Assembly (NCBI RefSeq): GCF_009914755.1
Contig: NC_060938.1
Strand: one strand, 5' to 3'
Length of the DNA: 64,000 bases
DNA from: the human T2T-CHM13v2.0 reference genome, Homo sapiens
Both the position numbers and the translations under genes were made by a program. This document shows, in pieces, positions 48,801 through 64,000 of the stretch. Numbering within the stretch: the first letter of the stretch is position 1; each line of letters begins with the position of its first letter. The notes beneath the pieces are model-generated. The model was not told the origin of the DNA. It worked only from the letters and a program-made list of their open reading frames with translations, and searched no databases.

Positions 48801-49299
48801 AGAAGAAGAGATGCAGAAAAGACAGGCAGGGCTGCAGAAAAGGTAGGCAGGGCTGTAGGGTGGTCCGGACCACCGGGCACTGTCAAATGGCAGATGTCCC
48901 TCCGCTCTGCTCTGGGTGGGGCTGGGGCCGGAGTGGATTTTATAAACACTCTGGGAGGGTCCCACCCAGAACTCTCCTGCGCTGTGTGGAAGGAGGGCCA
49001 CTGGGGAGGGTGTAGATGGGAAGTGAGAGAGAAGAGGGGACGAGGAGACCCCTGGGTGGCCAAGGAAACACTTTTCTGAACAATCAAAAATAAAGGAGGG
49101 GCAGGCAGAACGTGGGGACTTGGCTGGGGCTGCCTAGGTTCCCTGGACTCACCTCCTGGCACTACACTGCCTGGGGAGCCAGGGGGCCAGGAGCCAGGGA
49201 GCGACTGGCACACCCCACACCTTCCTAACCCAGCCCCTGGTGGGGAGCCCTTCCTTCAGCAGCAGGCAGCACAGCGATGGCCAAGTGTCCCTCCAGGGG

Positions 49300-50330
49300 G
49301 ACAGACGTTTGCCCCTCCACGCCACTCACCCGGGGTGAGGCCGCAGCACCCTCCACCTTGCTCCACCGTGGCCAGCTTCTGGCCTCCCCTCACCAAGCCC
49401 CGGGACTTCACGTGAAGATCACTTACTGGCCTTCTCCCCTCGCGGTCCTGGGTTCTCTCCTCCTCCTGGCCTCTGAGGCCGGAATGCTGAGGCTCAGACT
49501 AGGGCCTTTGTCTCTGCTGACACCTCGCTGCTGTCACGACTTTGTGGTCCCTGTGCCGCTGACTGCAGGACGCGCAGCTGAGTCTCCTTGGACCTGCCCA
49601 GGTGGCCCCCAAGCAGGATGTGTCCAACACACCTTGCTTCCCTCTGCCTGGCCCCAGGCCCCACTCTGGCCCCTGCTTTCTCAGTAAGGACATCCCCACT
49701 CCGTGGCTGCTCTGGCCAAAGACAGGAGAGTCACCCTTTCTCTTCGGCGCGTACCCCTCAAGCTCCAGCTTGTGCTCCCAGCACTCCCACCTTGCACTTC
49801 CCCATCCCCAGCTCCTCCCCACCCTGCCCAAAGCCCTCCTGAACCCATTCTTGTCTCAGTCTCCGCACATAGCAGCCAGAGATTAAAACAAACCAGCCCA
49901 ACCCTCGGTGGGGCTGGTGTTCACCTTTGGGGTTAAATTGAAAGTCCTTGCGTGGCACCACAGTCACTCAGCGGGCATCCCCTCCCTCTGAGTGCTCTCG
50001 CCCCACTGACCTGGGCACTGTGGGGCCATGCTCACTCCTGCCTCGGGCCTCAGCACCTGTCCCTTCCTGGCAGCCTGTCCCGCCTGGCATGCTGGCTTTG
50101 CTCCAATGCCAACCCTTCGGAGAGGCCTTCCCTGGCCACCCTGTTGTAAACAGCACTGCCTGTCTCCGTGTTCCCTGAGTGTTCCTCCAGGCACTGTCAC
50201 TGCCAGACGCTGGTATTTTTGTCTACTATGGCCCCCACCCTGGCTGGTACACTCAGAAGGACGGGCTGCGTCCCCCGTGCCTAGAGAGGCATCTGGCACA
50301 GAGCCAGCCTTCAACATATATTGCATGAAA
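49300..50330. mobile_element. Old L2 remnant
   Basis: L2 3' phrases (agaggccttccctggccacc, gtgcctaga..catctggcacagag..caacatatattg). Confidence 0.55.
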
Positions 50331-50777
50331 GATTCCGTCCAAGGACGCTGTAGATGTAGGTGGACGCAGACAAAAGCAAAGCAGGACAGTGGATTCGTCC
50401 AAAGACCGGCAGTGTCTTCAGGTGAAGCTGCAGCGTCGAGTCCTGGTGCTTGCAAGGTTTCAGCAGCAGAAACCTGATGGGGCTCCTTGCACCTGGGAGA
50501 AAAGCCACTCCAGTGAGGATTATTGCCAGTGAAGGCTGCCCTGGCCCCAGACAAGTTTTCCTAGAATTTATGGTAGCAGGCGGGTTGTTAAAGGATGATT
50601 CCCGAAAGGGCCAGACATGGTGCTCACAGGGATGCAGGGTGAGCATGCGTCGAAGAGCTTCCCTAGCCCAGGCAGCTGTGAGGACCAGCTCAGAAGAGAA
50701 GTCCTGAAACAGACACTTACAGATGAGGAATATTGACATGATTGTGCAAATGGACATGAAACTGGATTTTCAGGGGG

Positions 50778-51148
50778 CTGTGATGGGCTGGATTGTCTCC
50801 CTTAGATTCTAATGTTGAAGTCCCCCACACCCCAGTGTCTTAGAATGCAACTGTATTTGGAGGTAGACTTTAAAGAGATGGTTGAATTAAAATGAGGCCC
50901 CAAATTCAATCTGACTGGTATGTCTATAAAAAGAGAAAGTCTGGACATCTGGAGATACATCAGGGATGCGTGACTGCTCAGAGGAAAGACCCTGTGAGGC
51001 ACAGCAAGAAGGCACCATCTGCTTGCCCAGGAGACACCAACCTGTGACACCCTGACCTTAGACTTCCACCCCCAAGAACTGTGAGAGGTAGACCTCCTTG
51101 CACTGTAAATCACTCGTTCTGTTACTGCAGTCCCAGAAAACTAACACA
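50778..51148 (+). mobile_element. MLT1A/B-type LTR
   Basis: tgtgatgggctggattgtctccc...aagaactgtgagag...aaactaacaca. Confidence 0.8.
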
Positions 51149-51205
51149 GACCTTTGCTGGGCAGAATGCCTTTGCTTCTCTGCAGACAAGATTACTTTTG
51201 CACTA

Positions 51206-51532
<327 letters not shown>

Positions 51533-51756
51533 TTATTATGGAATCAGTGTCAAATGCTGGTGCCTTCTGGGGGCAACACACAGTTTCCCACCAAAGTGCA
51601 TCAGTGCCCCAGGCAGTCAAGGTGCCAGGAGACGAGGAGGCCGCGGATCTTCTGTCCACCTGGGAGCAAGCCTGCAGCTTGGGACCCTCCTGGGACCCTG
51701 CACCCGCCAGTGCCCTGCCCTCCTGGGCTCTCATGGGAGTGAAGGAGGGTGGGCTC

Positions 51757-52160
51757 TGTAGGAGTTAAAGAAAGAGGAAAGAAACATGAAAAGCGGCTCA
51801 ACAAAGGCAGGTTTATTTTGGAGAATAAACCTGAAAGGGACTTCTGGCCGATTTTGGTCAGGAGCCTTCTCTCCTACAGACTAAGGATCTTTAAGGGTTT
51901 AGGAAGTGGGGAGCTTATCGCAGGCTCGGAATGTTTCTATGTGAGGGAAAGTTTATTGCGGGCTTGGAATGTCTCTGGTCGGAGGGGAGGTTATCTCGAG
52001 GTTGGCATGTTTCTGATTGGAGATGTTATTTGTGGTTTACGGTCGTGCTGACATTAGCTATTGGGCTGATGTGTTTTGGGCTGGATTTAGGCAGCTTTTT
52101 AATCAAAGGGAACCTAAAATGGCGGTGTTTGTCCAAGAAGGCCATACTCCTGCTCTGTCC
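51757..52160 (-). mobile_element. ERV1-class solo LTR (MER61/MER83/MER84-like; subfamily uncertain)
   Basis: Minus strand ends ...ctttaactcctaca, AATAAA on the minus strand at 51812-51817, internal acattcc/acatgcc repeats, flanks ggctc/cgctc. Confidence 0.75.
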
Positions 52161-52620
52161 CGCTCCAGCCCTTGGGGGCCCCTCGGGCTCTTCTCTTGGA
52201 TGGTGTGTGAATGGGCACATGTGGAGGGGCTGGTCCAGCTCTGCCTGCCTCTGGCCATCCAAAGGAGGGACAGCAGGGCCTGGGCAGCAATGCCGGCCTT
52301 GGAGCCCCGGGGCTGTGGAGGCTGCTTGACAGGACACGGAGCCCCCTCTGTGCTCAGGTCGTGGAGGGCCTCGGGCACTACGGTCTGCCAGGCACCACAT
52401 GTCACAGCTACTCAAACACCCAGGGCCGCCACGGAGGGCCAATGGCCGCAGGATGGCTCAGGACCCGCCCCACCCCTGTCGCTGCCTTTCTGGCTGCCCC
52501 CTAGTCCCTGGACAGGCGCTCCCCAGCCCCAAGCAGGCCCCAGCCAATCTCCTGCCCAGGCAGGAGCTCCCCCTGCCGCCCTCACAGACCTCACCTCTTC
52601 CTACACGTTTCCAAGGCCGC

Positions 52621-52758
52621 GCCCCGCCCCGCACCCCGCCAGGCCCCGCCCCGCACCCCGCCAGGCCCCGCCCCGCACCCCGCCAGGCCCCGCCCCGCAC
52701 CCCGCCAGGCCCCGCCCCCATCCCGCCAGGCCCCGCCCCGCCCCCGCCAGGCCCCGCC
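52621..52758. repeat. 22-bp tandem repeat GCCCCGCCCCGCACCCCGCCAG (4 perfect, 2 variant, 1 partial copy)
   Basis: Units start at 52621, 52643, 52665, 52687, 52709, 52730 and 52751. Confidence 0.92.
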
Positions 52759-53007
52759 TCTCTCTCCGACCCTGGACAGTCCCCGGGACCCACCCCGCCC
52801 CCAGGTCCTGCCCCCGCCCGCCTCCGCGGGGCCTCCCACCCTCCCGGGCAGACTCCACTCCCGCCCCCTCCCCGTGGGTGCCCCCGCCGGCCCCGCCCTC
52901 CCAGGCTGCCCCCGGCGCCCCGGGCCTCCTCCGCGCAGTCCCTGAGTCCCGCAGGCCCTGCGTCCCCGCTGCACACCCCCGTCCACTCCCGTGGTCCCCG
53001 GTCCGGC

Positions 53008-62856
<9,849 letters not shown>

Positions 62857-64000
62857 GTAACCCCAGGGGCCCGGGGCTCCTAGGAACAGGGGCTTCCTGA
62901 GGCCACAGGGCAAGTCAGCGCTGTGGGCGGCCGCTGCGGGACCCCGGGCTTCCTGCTCAGCCCAGCAGCTCCTGAGGTGGCTGCTGCAGGGCCCGTGCTG
63001 GGGCTCGCAAATGCTCAGGTCCTGCCCGGGTGCCAGCACCACCTGCCCCGCGGGAGGGGGGTCATCTCCTGCTGGTGGCCCTGGGAGCTGTGAGGCCCTG
63101 GAGCACCCAGAGCCAGGCCCACCTCGGCCCTGGGGGTGCCAGGCATCCCTTCCTCTCCTCCCGATGCTTCCTTGCGGCTGCTGCCCACCTCTCCATCTGG
63201 CGCATCAGGGTGGCCGCGCACAGAGCCGCACCAGGAGGCCCCGGCCATGTCCCTGCCTTTGTCCCTCTCTTTGCTCCGCCCACTGTGGGTCTAGGCGATG
63301 CCATCCTGGGGGCCCTGGCACACGATTTCCCTGCCTCTCTCACCCTAACCCAGCACAAATCCCATAAGCCAAGGCCAGTAGAGTGTTCTGGAAAACTGGA
63401 TTTGAGGGGATGTGGCAGGGGAGGTTGGCTAGAAGCTGACTAGGGGTCCATGTTGCCTGCGGGTGGCAGTGGGCACCTGAACCCCTTGGGATCCTTTCCC
63501 ACGGCTGAGGCTAAGGTCTTGTATGGGAAACCGGTACCTGTGTCCCTTTGAGCTTGGTGGCAGTTCCAGAAAGCTCCATGGAGGCCCTCTTAGGAGGTCT
63601 GCGGGGAGCAGTCCGGGGAGGTGGCTCAGCCACCCCACTCTGCTTGCCTGGCGCCGTCTCCCTTGTCCCTCCAGAGTCTCCCCAGGGCCCACTGCACACA
63701 CCTGTTAGCGGTGGAGCAGTGCCTCCCGCCCCAGAACTCGAGAAGGAGGGACAGGGCTCCAGCTGGTTCTCCTCTTCCCAGACCTTCCCGAGCCCTGGGG
63801 GAGCAGAACATCCCGTGGACCTCTCTAGGGGATCAAGGGCACAGTTATGAGCACCGCAGGACCCACGAACGTTCACATGCGTGTTGTCCTCACTCTGATG
63901 TTGGCCTGTGCCGGGACATCCTTATCCCTGTTATACCTGTGGGGAAACTGAGGCTTACAGGCTAGGGGCTCACCCACAGCCACGTACCACGTGAGGGCTG

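Noticed and set aside
48067-48846. 259-aa ORF
   Set aside because: GC-rich intergenic sequence running through MER58/MER5A remnants; no recognisable domain.
52621-52758. Repeat arrays as CRISPR-like systems
   Set aside because: Head-to-tail tandem repeats without unique spacers in eukaryotic DNA, and no cas genes.

Overview
Primate genomic DNA, most likely human, matching the TDRD9-ASPG locus (recalled as 14q32.33). Both genes are on the + strand. The left part holds the last six coding exons and 3' UTR of the germline piRNA-pathway helicase gene TDRD9 (1223-19326, poly(A) signal at 19892). A repeat-dense intergenic region of about 33 kb follows, with old L1s, many Alus, a complete MSTA MaLR element, several solo LTRs and Tigger/MER DNA transposons. 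The right part holds the CpG-island promoter and exons 1-4 of ASPG (asparaginase / 60 kDa lysophospholipase), which runs off the right edge. I joined all exon boundaries by hand and they keep frame. Almost all other entries in the ORF track are artefacts of Alu, L1, LTR or GC-rich sequence. I found no evidence for a new gene system. The most unusual structure is a near-perfect 190-bp inverted templated insertion inside an Alu (38248-38438, donor 39017-39206). Also notable are a 22-bp GC-box VNTR in the ASPG promoter, an antisense LTR just upstream of it, and a G-run minisatellite abutting a weak ASPG splice donor. Repeat subfamily names are from memory of consensus sequences and repeat edges are approximate.
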